Shown here: in pieces, positions 15,436-29,829 of the stretch
Numbering within the stretch: position 1 is the stretch's first letter
How the letters are laid out: each line of letters begins with the position of its first letter
Assembly (NCBI RefSeq): GCF_009914755.1
Contig: NC_060937.1
DNA from: the human T2T-CHM13v2.0 reference genome, Homo sapiens
Strand: one strand, 5' to 3'
Length of the DNA: 64,000 nt
Program-made: the position numbers and the translations under genes
The notes under the pieces: generated by a model
Told to the model about the DNA's origin: nothing
Databases searched by the model: none
What the model saw: the letters and a program-made list of their open reading frames with translations, nothing else

Positions 15436-15984
15436 TAGTAGAAGAGGAGGGGGTAATGAGTACTGGAGGGAGAGGAGGTGAGGTGAAAAGGAGAGACTGG
15501 GGAATGAAAAGATATGGAGAAATGTTGGCAGAGTGAGAGACAGAGAGAGAAATTAACTGGCTTTGAGATTGAGACTCCAAGGACGGAAAAAGTTAAATGC
15601 AGCAGGAATATAAAGTGGGGTGAGGAAGGGAGTGGAAAGGTGAGAATGGAGAGGCCGGCAGCAGGCGGATCATCAGGAACTTCCAAATCCAAGAAAAACG
15701 GTTTGTGCTTTGTTCTGTGGAAACCAATTAAAGGTTTTAAGCAGGGGAGTGACAGGAACAGATTTGTGTTTTAGAAAGATCACTGTGGCTGAGATGTAAA
15801 GAATGAATTAGAAGAGAGAAGACAGAAGAAAAATTATGTTAACATAAAGGAATGGTCAATGTGGCAGCTTAAACAAAGGGGAGTCAGAAAGCAGGGATTT
15901 GGCAGAGTTTTTCCAACACTGTCAGGGAAGAGGCGGTAAATCTGAGAATCTGAGCACCCCAGTGACTACAGAGGAAGTATATAA

Positions 15985-16190
15985 TGGCTGGTAAGAGTCT
16001 GGGTTTGGAGTCAGACAGACCTGGGTTTAACCTCAAATCTATCACTCTGTAGCTTATGTGATCTAGAACAAGCAATCAATTCTAAGCCACAATGTCCTCT
16101 TCTGTAAAATAGGAGTAATAATTGCCAGACTGTAAACTGCTTAGTTCTCTGCTTGCTATGTTTGAGTGCTAAATAAATATTAGTTTTATT
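15985..16190 (+). mobile_element. MIR
   Basis: taagagtctgggtttggagtcagacagacctgggttt...ctgtaaaataggagtaataat. Confidence 0.75.
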
Positions 16191-18300
16191 GTGATACTAC
16201 TAGGTATGCCCTGTGATGGGCTTAGAAAATTCTAACAGGTCACTCCATGACCTGGACAAACTAGACCTCATAGCCTCTACCTTCTTTCGATATATGTCTC
16301 TACAAATCAGGAAACTCTGATTATTAACTTGGCTTCCTAGAGCGCTGCTTTATGAGTATCTTGGCCACCAATAAAAGTATATTTCTCAATGAATAGTAAG
16401 AAGATAGCACTGTGTTTACATGTAGTTTCTGTTGAGTTAGGTTAGCTTGAGTCAGGCCCCTAAACTTATATTCATTTCTAAGAAGAACCAAACTCTGAGA
16501 TGTGCTTTGCCCTGGATCAGTGGCTGCACCAAGAAGACCCACCCCTCAGAGAGTGAGCAAGGGGTTATCCTGACAGTGGGATTTTGTCTCTTAACATCAG
16601 CCATTCCCAATTGTGCCACACAGAAGCACATGCCTTAAATCTGATCACTCTTCTACAGAACATTTTTGGTACTTGAAGATTTCCTGTTTTTCTTTTACTT
16701 TCCTCCTTCCAATCTTTCCTTAAGCACAGATATCCAGATGGAATAAGAAATAACTAGGGTTGTTTTTCAGTTCCCAGCTTCAAATGGATCAGGAGTGATG
16801 TCCGCTTATGCATTTGATGTGTTTTTCTTTGAATCTGTCTTTGGGGAAAAGGGTTGTATCTGTTACAGACTTAATATTTTTAGAAATTTAATAGGCTCAT
16901 TTAGAGGTAAATATTTTAAACAGGCCACCCATGCGTTACATTAACTGCACCTTGCTGTGACATTGTCACAAAGGCTTCAAACCTCAGGGACTGAGAAACC
17001 TTTTAACACTCTGTTTAGTAAACGTTAAACCCTCGGTTGATGATCTGAGTTCACTCTCCCTTAGTATAGATCAGGCTGCTGAGGCGGGTGATATTTCAGT
17101 CATTTGAATGTCAGTCTAAAAGCATGCACATCACTGCTGCACATCATCAGAGCCTCGGGTCATTTACACTTGTGGTTGTTTTACTTCACAGCCCAGAGCC
17201 TTCCCCGAGCTGCTGTCATTCTGACCCTGAGGCCGCCCTTCACAGCCTCCTGACTCCACTCCCAACATCCCCTTTCAAGCTGACACAGAGCAAAGGCTGA
17301 CCTTGTCCCATCAACCACTTACCCACACAGACCTAATTAATCTTTGGTTGCCAGTAAATCCAGCACACTTCCCTCCTTGCATACTACAGAATTTCGCAGA
17401 GGGGATGCTTTGGGCTTCGTTTGCTTCCCTATGAGATGAGCTGTGGCTGAAACACAGACAGCTGCCCTATAGAATGATCTGAGGGCCCTGTCAACAAAAG
17501 GCGTCCCCTTGTCAGAGTGTCAGGGTGTGGGAACTCACTCCTAGCCCCTTTCCATTACTCCTGAGGACTTCTTTCCAAGAATAAAGAATTCCTAGAAAAA
17601 TTAACCAATTGCCTCTCACAAGGCAGTGGTGTCCTAAGACAGAGTTCATACAGGGATAAGGGGAAAGGAAAGGAAAAGGGTACTGAAGATGGGATTCTGG
17701 GTGTCTTGAGACATTTGAGGGCTCTGGGTACCTGCAAGTAGTGAGACTCTAAGTGAGGATGCAACATGACCCTAGAGTCAAACAAACCATCTGGGTTTGT
17801 TCAAGGTCATTAAACTATATGACCCACCATGCAGATGCATTATAATAAATACAAATACCACTCACTGCCAAATTTAGTTTTGGCCAGACTTGGCTTCAGT
17901 CAAGAACACAAAAATGCAAATCAGTGGCTACTTCAACAGATGGAGGTTGGGGGTCTAGAGTGAGACTCGTAGTCTCCACTTTGGGCATTCAGGATAATCA
18001 AGATGCATCCAGATCACTGTAGGAAGGTAACTGTTGTCTACATGAGATACTTGGATCAGCACTGGCCTCAGTTTGATGGGCGTCTTATCCGTGAATAGAG
18101 TGCAGACTGGAATTTGGATTGTGGGGTCTGATAAGGAAGAGGGCATTCACTGCCTGTGGAGTGAGAAACTTGAGGGGTGGGGAAGGTTGGTGGTCCTGCA
18201 CACTTTCTGACACTGGTAACAGCTTCCTATTGCACCATCCCTGTAGCTCAGGGGATCCTGCTGTCCACTTTAGCAAGAGTTGGGAAATATATTTGGGTCC

Positions 18301-18802
18301 TGTGGTAGGCAGAATAATGCTCCCTCCATAGATGTCTGTGCCCTAATCCTATGAATATGTTAAGTTATGTGGTAAAGGAGAATAAAGGTTGCAGATAAAG
18401 TTGCTGATCAGCTCACCCGGAGATGGGTGAGGTTATCCTGGATCATCCCGGTTGGCCAAATATAATCACGAAGATCTTTAAAAGTAGAGGAGGGAAACAG
18501 TACAAAAGGCCGGTGTGATGACATAAGAAAGTCTTGACCCACTCTTGCTGACTCTGAAGATGGAGGAAGAGAGTTACCTCCCAGAAAGGGATGCAGGTGG
18601 CCTCGAGAAGCTGAAAAACCAAGGAAAGGGAGTGACCCCTGGAGACTATAGAGGGAACGCAGCCCCGTCGATACCTTGACTTCAGTCCAGTGAAACCCAT
18701 GTTGGATTTGTAACCTACGGAACTGTCAGATAACAAATCTGTGTTGTTTTAAGCCACAAAGTTTGCGAGAATGTGTTATAGCAGCCATTGGAAACTAATA
18801 CA
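18301..18802 (+). mobile_element. MLT1D-like solo LTR
   Basis: tgtggtaggcagaataatg...ggaaactaataca, flanked by near-TSD ggtcc/ggacc. Confidence 0.88.
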
Positions 18803-20740
18803 GGACCCTTCTGAGAGGAGATGCAAGGATTCGTTCCACCAGCTGATTTGTCCAAAGCCACAAATCATATTCTCAGTCCCTGAAGAGAGCAACTTCTCAT
18901 CTTTAACCACAACCTAAAAGCTTCCTAAGTTCCACTTCTTCCTGTGGCATAGAGAGTTTAAGCCAGATCCCCTGTGACCGCAGGCATTCAGAAGTTCTAG
19001 ATGGGCAGAGTGCACAATGAAGGACATCCATTATTGGAAGTCAACGTGAAACTTACCTCAGAACTTTTCAGACTACTGCTTCAAAAGCAGAAATACACAT
19101 TAAGGGGGTTGTTAAGGATCAGACTAGGCAGCTTTAGAAAAAAAAGATTCAGAGACAAAATGTGTCCTGTATCTCAAGTTTACCTTTATTGTTCCAAAGA
19201 ATAGCAGGGATCGTAGAAGACTGTCATCTTAAAGCACAATGTGTCAAGTTAAAAATGGAGTGGCAATATTAATGGAATTGCCTTGCTTTAGTAGGTTTAA
19301 GGCAAATCCTTATTTTCCTGCCGTTTTCTAAATTAAATTTATAAGAAATATTATGTATCCTGCTGTGCAAAGTGAAAGCTGTATTCTTGTAAAGGGCTTA
19401 TAATCATATTAAAAAGCTGGAGGGTGAAGTTTGTTCATGCCATCAAAGTCACAAAGTAAAAATGGAGTCTTATATTGTGCATTTTTATAATGGTAATACC
19501 TTTTGGGGTATATAACACCACAAAGTGCTTCACTGATATTGTTTCGTTAATCCTCAGAACATCCCCGGTGGGGAGGTATATTTTTATCTCCACTTTGCAT
19601 ACGGGAAAACTGAGGCACAGTGAGTGTCAGCAATTTGCCTTGGCCTGCCAGTGGGCGGGCAGCACAGCTTGCACAGAAACTCCAGGATCGTAGCCCGAAG
19701 ACTATTCACACCATTCATCAGACGACAGTCATCTTTCTAATCTACCTTTCTGCAGGTACAGAAATAGCTCCAGGAGGACTTTGGCATCTCTCAAATTTTA
19801 TCTTCAAGTTCCTCAAGAAAAATATCCTATAAATAGATTTTCTGTTAATTCCACTACATCTGCTTAAAATACTTATGAACAGTCGGTAGGAGGTAGCAGC
19901 ACAAGGCTCAGAGTGGGGGCATTTTTGTGAAGTTAGAGGGAAATGTGGATGATCTGGGGAAAGCCAAGGGGGACAGTTTGGGGGGCTGGAGCAGGACTGT
20001 CTATTTGGCAAACCAGAAGCTCCTCACAGGAGCATGCTTACCAAAAGCACACAGTTCCCCTGTGACCAGGGAATTCCAGGACTTTCAGGAAGTTCTATTT
20101 CTGGGCACAGAGATTATTTCTCTTTGTCTGCAGACTGAGATTTTACTTTGGTGCTTAAGCTTCTGCTTTATGTGCTTTAAACCAGCTGGTGCATGCCAGG
20201 TTTGAGTATCTTGATAGGAACACTCAGTAACTGAACTTAGTGTTTAGTTCCCTTGCTCTGGGCCATGGAGAGCAGGTGGTCTAAATTCTCCTTCTCTCTG
20301 CTGTTTTCTTCAGTTATGTTTCCCTGAGTGACACAGAAACCAAAGGCTTGAGCACCTTGCAAACAATATAATTAAACACAGGGATGTATTGAGCACCTGC
20401 TAGGCGTAGGCATGAGACCCATGTCTAGGTCTCAATGTGTCACTCCTTGGGCCTCATTGGAATCATGCTGTCCCTTTTCACAACACAGGAGGAAAAGTCA
20501 TTTGCTTAAGGTCATAGCATGAGTAAGTTGGTGTTGGTGCAGCTGGGATTCAGCCCCACGTCTGATGGGACTTGACCATCTGCTTTTAACCGCTACCCTA
20601 AGATCCCTCTAATATTCTGGGATGTATGATCTATCCTGCATCCTGTGACAAATGGACTTTGCCAACCAGAAACTACCCTTCCAGCACAGTGATGAGCTCA
20701 GGGTTGCTTGCTATTTGCATCTGTCTTTGGTATCCCGCTA

Positions 20741-21256
<516 letters not shown>

Positions 21257-21308
21257 TCAAATGCTCAGTTGTTCAATGGTTTATTTACATAACTATTCAA
21301 TTGACTAA

Positions 21309-21714
21309 CGATATGGTTTGGATCTTTGTCCCCATAGAAATCTCATGTTCATTTGTAATACCCAGTGTTGGAGGTGGGGTGTGGTGGAAGGTAATTGAAT
21401 CATGGGGCAGGTTTCTCCCTTTGGTGAGGCTATCATGATAACGGTTCTCGTGAGATCTGGTTGTTTAAAAGTGTATGGCACCTTCCCCCCACAACCCACC
21501 CCTGCTCTCTTCCTCCTGCTCTGGCCATATAAGATATGCCTGCTTCCTTTTCACATTCTTCCATGATTGTAAGTTTCCTGAGGTCTCCACAGAAGCCAAG
21601 CAGAAGCTGCTATGCTTCCTGTACAGCCTGCAGAACCATGAGCCAATTAAACCTCTTTATTAATTACCCAGTCTCAGGAATTTCTTTATAGTAGTATGAG
21701 GATGAACTAATACA
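21309..21714 (+). mobile_element. MSTB-like solo LTR
   Basis: gatatggtttggatct...cagaagccaagcaga...gtacagcctgcagaaccatgagccaattaaacc...ctaataca. Near-TSD actaa/actag. Confidence 0.88.
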
Positions 21715-22659
21715 ACTAGCTGCACAAAAGCTCATCCTAAAGAAAAGATTCCATTCCCAGGTTAAGAGACACAATGGAGAGATAAGGGGCTTATTCTGTC
21801 TGTCCTCACCTGGACAGCATAGATGATCTTACATAGTGTTGGTATTACACAGAGTATCTGGAACCAACTTCTTTGATGTCTTCTCCATTTCCGGGTTGAG
21901 TTTTTTTCCCAGACCTGCCAGCATGCCCACTATGCAGAGCCCCAGCCATACCCCTCACTTCACTTGGATACTCTAGGGTAATATCATCTTGAGATTGTTA
22001 ACCTAATTATATCTGCAAAAATAGTTTTCCCAGATAAGGCCACATTCACAAGTTCCTGGTGTTAGAACATGGTCATATCTTTTTGGGAGCCATCATTCTA
22101 CATATTACATTAGCCATAGCCTCTCTGACCAACAGTGTATGATCACGGCTCAAATTTGTAATGACTGGCAATTTCTTCTCTCACATGACAGTTGATTCCA
22201 TTTTTTGCTAAACTCTAATTTCATAAAAGATAATCTTCATGTTGTGCCCAAATCAGCATCTGTGTAATTTTCCCCCATCAGTGCTACTTCTGCCTATGGA
22301 AATACTGAGAGATAAATTCAGTTCTTTTGCAATAAGACTAATGAATAGAGCTGAAGCTAAAACATTAAGGGTCAGAGAAATGTGGAGGTTTGTGAAAGCA
22401 GGGCAATCTGGACAACTAATTCAACGTAATTCATCAATTCTTTATTATGTGTTTACTTTGTGCAATATACTGTGGTGGATGGTGCAGAAGATTTTCAGAT
22501 GGAGAAGAGAGTTCAGGACCTCCACATAGCAGGGCAACAGGACATGTTCACATATAACTACAATGCACAATATTATGCAAATAACTATAATACAAGGTAG
22601 AAGGTGGTGGAGGTCATTAAAAAGGATTAACAAAGTGCAGTGAGAGTTAGATGAGAGGA

Positions 22660-23280
22660 TATTCTTTGTCATCCCTTCTATTCTGTCTCCACACAGAAGC
22701 CAAAATGAGTTAAAAATAAACTGAACAGGCTCAAAGCAGGCTTTTCCAGGCTCGAAACTATACAAAAGCTCTATGTGGAAAAAGAAAAGAAAAGAAAAAA
22801 TCCCACTCCTGGTATGGCCCTCAAAACCCCTACTCACCTTTCAGCCTTGCCTGGTCCGTACTCCTCCTTGCTCTCCACATAGGCACCAGCCACAGCGACC
22901 CCTGGGTTTAGGTTCTCAGACTTGCCATGCTCTGTTCTGCCCCAGGGCCTTCTCCCAGCCACTCCCTGAGCCTGGAATACTCTCACCCCAGTCCTTTGCT
23001 TTTAGCCTTAAGGAGGATTCTCTTGATTGCTTATTTAAATTAGATCCTCTGTCATATTATCCAATAGCACCTGGACTTTTTCTTCATACAACTGATCACA
23101 GTTTGCAATCACACACTCAGGTTTGTGATTACTCATTTGATGTGAATCTTTACCATTGGAAGGTAAGCTTCAGTAGGGCCGCTATTTCACACAACATCCA
23201 CATGCTGTATCAGAGTACCTGGAAAATAGATGTACAATAAAGACAGTTGCCAAATGAGTGGTTCAGTGATGAATGAATGA
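22660..23280 (+). mobile_element. L2 3' fragment
   Basis: L2-like body (cagggccttctcccagcc...cctggaat) ending in a gaatgaatga tail. Confidence 0.6.
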
Positions 23281-23466
23281 GAGCTATTAGATAAAAGTTT
23301 TCCTGAAGGCGGTAGCATTTGAGAAGAATTTTAAAGAAATCACAGACATGGGGCTGGGGAAATGTTTTAGGAATGTGAAGAATGCATAAATGGGAAGTTC
23401 AGGGCATACTGTTTGGAAAGTGGCAAAAAATAAGGGTTTGGTTTTAATATAAGTGTGTGTCTAGGG

Positions 23467-23680
23467 CAAAGGTTGGCAAACTTTTTCCATAAAGGCCCAG
23501 TTAGCACATATTTAGGCCATATGGTCTCTGTTGCAGCAACTCAACTCTGCAACTGTATTGTGAGAGCAGCTGTAGATAATATGCAAATAAGAGGGTGTAG
23601 CTGGGTTCTAATAAAATCTCATTTGTAAGTACATGTGCTGGGCTGGATTTGGCTCTTGGGTTGTAGTTTGCTGACACCTT
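23467..23680 (+). mobile_element. MER58A with TIRs and 8-bp TSD
   Basis: TIRs caaaggttggcaaac / gtttgctgacacctt. Perfect TSD gtctaggg at 23459-23466 and 23681-23688. Confidence 0.88.
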
Positions 23681-23848
23681 GTCTAGGGAATACTGAGAGG
23701 GCTACAAGTGGAGGCTGGTGTAGTACCCTTAATCCTAAACTGTGGAGTAAATAATTCAATAGATAGTTCATAGGAAGTCACAGCAGATTGAAAGGTATGT
23801 GAGTAAAGACGTAAAAGAAAGTGTGTGAGTAAAATTTGTTTTAGCATT

Positions 23849-24222
23849 TGTATTAGTTCTTTTTCACACTGCTATAAAGAACTACCCAAGACTGGATAAT
23901 TTATAAAGGAAAGAGGTTTAATTGACTCACAGTTACGCATGGCTGGGGAGGCCTCAGGAAATGTATAATTATGGCAGAAGGCGAAGGGGAACAAGTTTGG
24001 ACCTCCTCACATGGTGGCAGGAGAGAGAAGAGCAAGCAGGGAAATGACTAGACCCTTATAAAACCATCATATCTCGTGAGGACTACTATTATGAGAACAG
24101 CATGGGGAAAATCACCCCCATGATCCAATCACCTCCTGCCAGGTTCCTCCCTCAACACGTGGGGAGTACGGGGATTACAACTCAAGACGAGATTTAGGTG
24201 GGGACACAGCCAAACCATACCA
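23849..24222 (-). mobile_element. THE1D/MSTA-like solo LTR
   Basis: tgtattagtt...caaaccatacca termini. Near-TSD gcatt/gtatt. Confidence 0.88.
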
Positions 24223-26785
24223 GTATTATTCATCTAGGAACACCTCTGATGAATGGAATCAGAAGCGATTACAGGCACAGAGAGGAGCAATTAGGAGCCT
24301 CTTCTGATACTCAAGATAAGAGTCGATGAATCTCACCTGAAAAGACTGAAAGTGGGCAGATGAGGAATATTGCAAAATTAGTTCCGAGGTTTTATCCTGG
24401 GTATTAGATAATGGCATAGGGCTAATAGGAAAGAAAGAAGGATGTTAGGAGAAAGATTGCTTTGGTATTGAGGGGAAATGGCCAACTGAGCTTGATGTGT
24501 CCAGTTTAAGGTGTTAGGAGGACATGCAGTAGGGTAACCAACAAACTAGAGAAAATGTGGGGCTTAAGCAAGGGACAGGTGGTGTAGATGCAGATTCGGG
24601 TGAAGGGCTGAGAGACAGGAGAGAGGGAAGGTGTGGTGCCCAAGGACAGACCCTGGTGATGATCTTCAGTTAGACACTGAGTGAAGAAAGGAAAAGGTAC
24701 TAAATGACCCAGGACTGCAGAGAGCCAGAGGAGGCAGACGAGGAGGGTTTTAAGAAGGAAAAGTGAAATCAGCCCCAAGCAAATCCATCTCCAGAAAGCA
24801 AACAAAGTACATATCTGTTTCTGAAATTATCAAAATACATCCACAGCCTGCTGCACTAACCAGAAATTATGTAATAAAATTAGCCAGGGTGAGTCTAGCC
24901 TTAGGGTTGGTGCTGCCCCCTTGTATTCAAGAGCCTGCATCATGAAGAACGTGACACAGAAGAGACAGACCTATTTGCTTTCTTTATCCAAGGCAGGCTC
25001 GCATACTTCAAATGACCTGAACAAATTCAATAATCTGTTCATTTGCTAGAGTCTCTCCCCGAGACTCCATTGATGGGTGATTTATCAGAGCAGCCGGGGC
25101 AGGCGCAGGGGCATTCTCTGCGTTTGCTTTGAAGCCCCGATGCCAAAGCACATTATCAGGTCTGAAGGTCATTATTTCTACAGAAAACAATGGTTTGTGG
25201 TTAATACCACCCTGTTGCCATATAACAGGGGAGATGACTGGTGATAATGTGAGGACTGAGAGTTCACTGCAGCCCACATCTGTCCTTCAGCTACATACTA
25301 CATCTGTCCTTCAACAGCATCCTGTCGGTTCGCCCTATATTCTCATGCTGCCCTTGCCTCCTGGGAAGGATGGGATGTGTCTGTTCTTTAGAATGAAGGC
25401 TCTGAATCCTCCTTGACCCTAGGTATAACCTAGAGGGAAAATGCCCACCCAGCAGAGGATGGAAAAAGGCTGATTTCACTGGGTTTTTACTTGCCACTCT
25501 TTGGGTCAAAGGCATTTGACCACAGCTGCCTGTGGTTAGGCTGCTGGAGAAATTAGCAGAAGGAGGAGAGCAATGATCCCAGACAACCTTTCCTGGAAAA
25601 AGCCCAGTTTGTTCTCACCTGCTGAGTTCTGCATTCCTGTCAGGTGCTCTGGAATTTAAACGACTGTTTATTAGTTTCTGTGGATTCTGTTTGTGAAAAG
25701 ATTTATTGTTCTTGCATTTCTTGGGTGAAAAATGTCTATAAAAACTTCTGAGGCGTCTTTGGGGATTTTACAATCAGGAAGTAGAAAATTATATTTCAAA
25801 GCTGAAGCTAATGAGAGATCATCCTGTAATAGGTGAGATATAAGGCTCTGTGTCTGTGGAGGGAAGGGATGAAGGGAACAGGCAATTTGACGGCTGCTGT
25901 TCTCTGTCACCAGAAAAAAATTCAACTTTACAACCTGACAAGGAAAGTTTGCAGCCTAGAACACATCAAACCTCAAGTGAAAAACAAGTGTTACCCATGC
26001 AGGTAACTATGCATTTTCACAAAGTCATCTGGCTTCAGGATAATGAGTCTATTATTTCTCTAGGATTACTTTCAATAGAATTTCTCTGTGAATACATTTC
26101 AAATTTTAAGAGCACTCAGGGTTGCAAGTGGAAAAGCTACCAGGCTGTAAATGGAGCCATGCCAGTTATTCTCTGTTTGCACCTCAGGTCTGTTTTCTGG
26201 CCTTCTCTATGTGGCAGTAGGTTGCTCTCTAGAAAGGGCTTCACTAATCTCCCCGTTCTCTGGATTCTTGTTGGGATTGTGTATTGGGGGCACTAGTAGG
26301 AGACCACAGGGCAGGATGTAAAAGCACTCAGGGTACTAATTTCCTCAGTCCTCCTCCTAGTCCCTATCTGCCCTGCTGAGGTTCCTGCCAGATGGTCCCT
26401 CTGTGGCCTCCAGGAGTAGGGACTCTCCCTTTGCCCCCTTCAGGCTCAGGGGTGCTTAGGGCTTCCCCAACCCTTGTTGGTTCTGCCATACCTGCCCATA
26501 CCCCTGTAAGTCATCCCTTTATTAGCCTTTTTTCAATGAAACCCTTTAAGGGTGTCATGTGTTTCCTGTCTCTGCTCTCTGATGGAGACAACAGTCATAT
26601 TTTCATAGGGTACTTTTGTGAAATAATATAAATGTGAGTATGGAAACAACTGTGTCCAACGAGCAAACATTTTGATAACTGTATTAGGAAACTTGATAGA
26701 ATAATTCTAAATTTCTTATAGAAGAAAAAATATCCATGAATATAGTCAGGAAAATTCTGGAAAAGTTTTTTAAAATTTTCTGAGG

Positions 26786-27105
26786 TGTTTTTTGTTTGGT
26801 TTGTTTGTTTTGAGACAGGATCTTTTTCTGTTTCCCAGCCTAGGGTGCAGTGGTGCACTCATAGATCACTGTAACTTCAAACTCCTGGGCTAAAACTTAC
26901 TGTAACCTCAAACCCCTGCCTCAGCTTCCCCAGTGCTAGGAATACAAGCACACACCACCAAACTTGGCTAATTTTTTTTTTTTTTTGTAGAGACAGGATC
27001 TTGCTGTGTTGACCACACTTGTCTTAAATTCCTGACCTCAAATGATCATCCTGCCTTGGCCTCCCAAAGTGCTGGGATTACAGGCTTGAGCCATCATGCC
27101 TAGCC
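26786..27105 (-). mobile_element. AluJ
   Basis: Diverged reverse Alu (aactcctgggct, gagacaggatcttgctgtgttg). Confidence 0.88.
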
Positions 27106-27216
27106 TAAAGCTTTTAACTTATCAGATATTAAAATTGACTATAAAACTTCCCTAAGTGAAACAAAGTAACACTAGTACAAGAAGAGAAGACAGATCAGTT
27201 AAAGAAAATAGAGGGC

Positions 27217-29469
27217 TGATATGGTTTAGCTGTGTCCCCACCCAAATCTCAACTTGAATTGTATCTCCCAGAAATCCCACATGTTGTGGGAGGGACCCAG
27301 GGGGAGGTAATTGAATCATGGGGGCCAATCTTCCCTGTGCTATTCTCATGATAGTGAATAAGTCTCATGAGATCTGATGGGTTTATCAGGAGTTTCCACT
27401 TTTGCCTCCTCCTCATTCTCTCTTGCCGCTGCTATGTAAGAAGTGCCTTTCACCACCTGCCATGATTCTGAGGCCTCTCCAGCCATGTGGAAGGGTAAGT
27501 CCAATGAAATCTCTTTTTCTTCCCAGTCTTGGGTATGTCTTTATCAGCAGCATGAATATGGACTAATACAGTAAATTGGTACCAGTAGAGTGGGGCTTTG
27601 CTGAAAAGATACCCGAAAATGTGGGATTGCCTTTGGAACTGGGTAACAGGCAGACGTTGGAACAGTTTGGAGGGCTCAGAAGAAGAGAGGAAAATGTGGG
27701 AAAGTTTGGAACCTCCTAGAGACATGTTGAATGACAAAAATGCTGATAGTGATATGAACAATAAGGTCCAGGCTGAGGTGGTCTCAGATGGAGATGAGGA
27801 ACTTGTTGGGAACTGGAACAAAGGTGACTCTTGTTATGCTTTTGCAAAGAGACTGGCAGCATTTCTCCCTGCCATAGAGATTTGTGGAACTTTGAACTTG
27901 AGAGAGATGATTTAGGGTATTTGGTAGAAGAAATTTCTAAGCAGCAAAGCATTCAAAAGGTGACTTGGGTGCTGTTAAAAGCATTCCATTTTAAAAGTGA
28001 AACAGAGCATGAAATTTCAGAAAATTTGCAGCCTGATGATGCAGTAAAAAAGAAAAACCCATTTTTTGAGGAGAAATTCAAGCCAGCTGCAGACATTTGT
28101 ATAAGTAGCAAGGAGCCTAATGTTAATCCCCAAGACCATGGGGAAGATGTCTCCAGGCCATGTCAGAGACCTTCACAGCAGCCCCTCCCATTGCAGGCCC
28201 TGAGACCCAGGAGGAAACAGTAGTTTTGTGGGTCAGGCACAGGGTCCCCGTGCTGACAACAGCCTAGGGACTCGGTGCCCTGTGTCTCAGCTGCTTCAGT
28301 CATGGCTGAAAGGGGCCAACGTACAGTTTGGGCTGTGGCTTTAGAGGGTGTAAGCCCAAGCCTTGGCAGCTTCCACATAGTGTTGAGCCTGTGGGAGCAC
28401 AAAAGTCAAGAATTGAGGTTTGGGAACCTCTGCTTAGATTTTAGGTGTATGGAAATGACTGGATGCCCAGGCAGAAGTTTGCTGCAGGGGTGGGACCCTC
28501 ATGGAGACCCTCTGCTAGGGCAGTGCGGAAGTGAAATGTTGGGTTGCAGCCACCACACAGAGTCCCTAATGGGGCACTGCATAATGGAGCTGTGAGAAGA
28601 GGGCCACCGTACTCCAGACTCCCCAATGGTAGATTCACCGACAACTTGCATCATGCACCTAGAAAAGCTGCAGACACTCAACACCACTCCGTGAAAGCAG
28701 CTGGAAGGGAGGTTGTACCCTGCAAAGCAACAGGGATGGAGCTGCCCAAGACCATGGGAACCCACCTCTTTGATCAGCTAACCTGGATGTGAGACCTGGA
28801 GTCAAAGGAGACCATCTTGGAGCCCTAAAACTTGACTGCCCTGCTGGATTTCAGACTTGCATGGCCTTGTAGCCCCCCTTTTTTTAGCCGATTTCTCCCA
28901 TTTGGAATGGCTATATTTACCTAATACCTGTACCCCCATTGTCTCTAGGAAGTAACTAGCTTGCTTTTGATTTTACAGGTTCATAGGCAGAAGAGACTTG
29001 CCTTGTCTCAGATGAGACTTTGGACTGTGGACTTTTAGGTTAATACTGAAATTAGTTACGACTTTGGGTGGGCATGATTGGTTTTGAAATGTGAGGACAT
29101 GAGATTTGGAGGGGCCAGGGGCAGAATGATATGGTTTGGCTTTGTCCCCACCCAAATCTCAACCTGAATTGTATCTCCCAAAATTCCCACATATTGTGGG
29201 AGGGACCCAGGGGGAGGTAATTGAATCATGGGGGCCAGTCTTTCCTGTGCTATTCTCATGATAGTGAATAAGACTCATGAGATCTGATGGGTTTATGAGG
29301 GGTTTCCACTTTTGCTTCCTCCTCATTCTCTGTTGCCACCACCAATCTTTTACTGTCCGCCATGATTCTGAGGCCTCCCCAGCCATATGGAACTGTAAGT
29401 CCAATGAAACCTCTTTTTCTTCCCAGTCTCAGGTATGTCTTTATCAGCAACATGAAGTGGACTAATACA
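27217..29469 (+). mobile_element. Full-length THE1A MaLR provirus: 5'LTR 27217-27570, internal 27571-29126, 3'LTR 29127-29469
   Basis: Two LTRs tgatatggttt...gactaataca. Internal region starts gtaaattggtacc, with a purine tract ggaggggccaggggcagaa before the 3'LTR. Perfect TSD agggc at 27212-27216 and 29470-29474. Confidence 0.95.
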
Positions 29470-29829
29470 AGGGCCTAGAAATCCACACCAGAATAGATGG
29501 GTGTACTATATAGGAATATAGTTCATAACAATTGTAGTATTTCTAATCATTAGGGAAAATAATTATCATTTAATAAAGTATGTTAGGCAACTGGCCAGCC
29601 ATTTCTAAAAAATAAGAAGTTGGATCCACAACCTCATTACTTATATCACAATAAGTAGCCAAGGAATCAAATATTTTAACGGGAAAAAAGCCAAACTAGA
29701 AAAACACATACTTAAATATTTTTATAATTTTGGAATAAGTGTGTATAATTCTTTCTAAGTATATGAAAATATATAATACAGAACATTATTAATTTTTCTT
29801 TTAGAAAATACAAAATTCTATATATTTGT

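Larger units (their letters stand above)
26596..29800 (+). mobile_element. Ancient L1 ORF2 3' fragments hosting an AluJ and the THE1A provirus
   Basis: aaacttgatagaataattctaaatt..., cagatcagttaaagaaaatagagggc|ctagaaat, taataaagtatgttaggcaactgg resemble late L1 ORF2. Confidence 0.6.

Noticed and set aside
27598-28792. Several 80-130 aa ORFs
   Set aside because: Fragments of the degenerate THE1 internal ORF, broken by stops and frameshifts.
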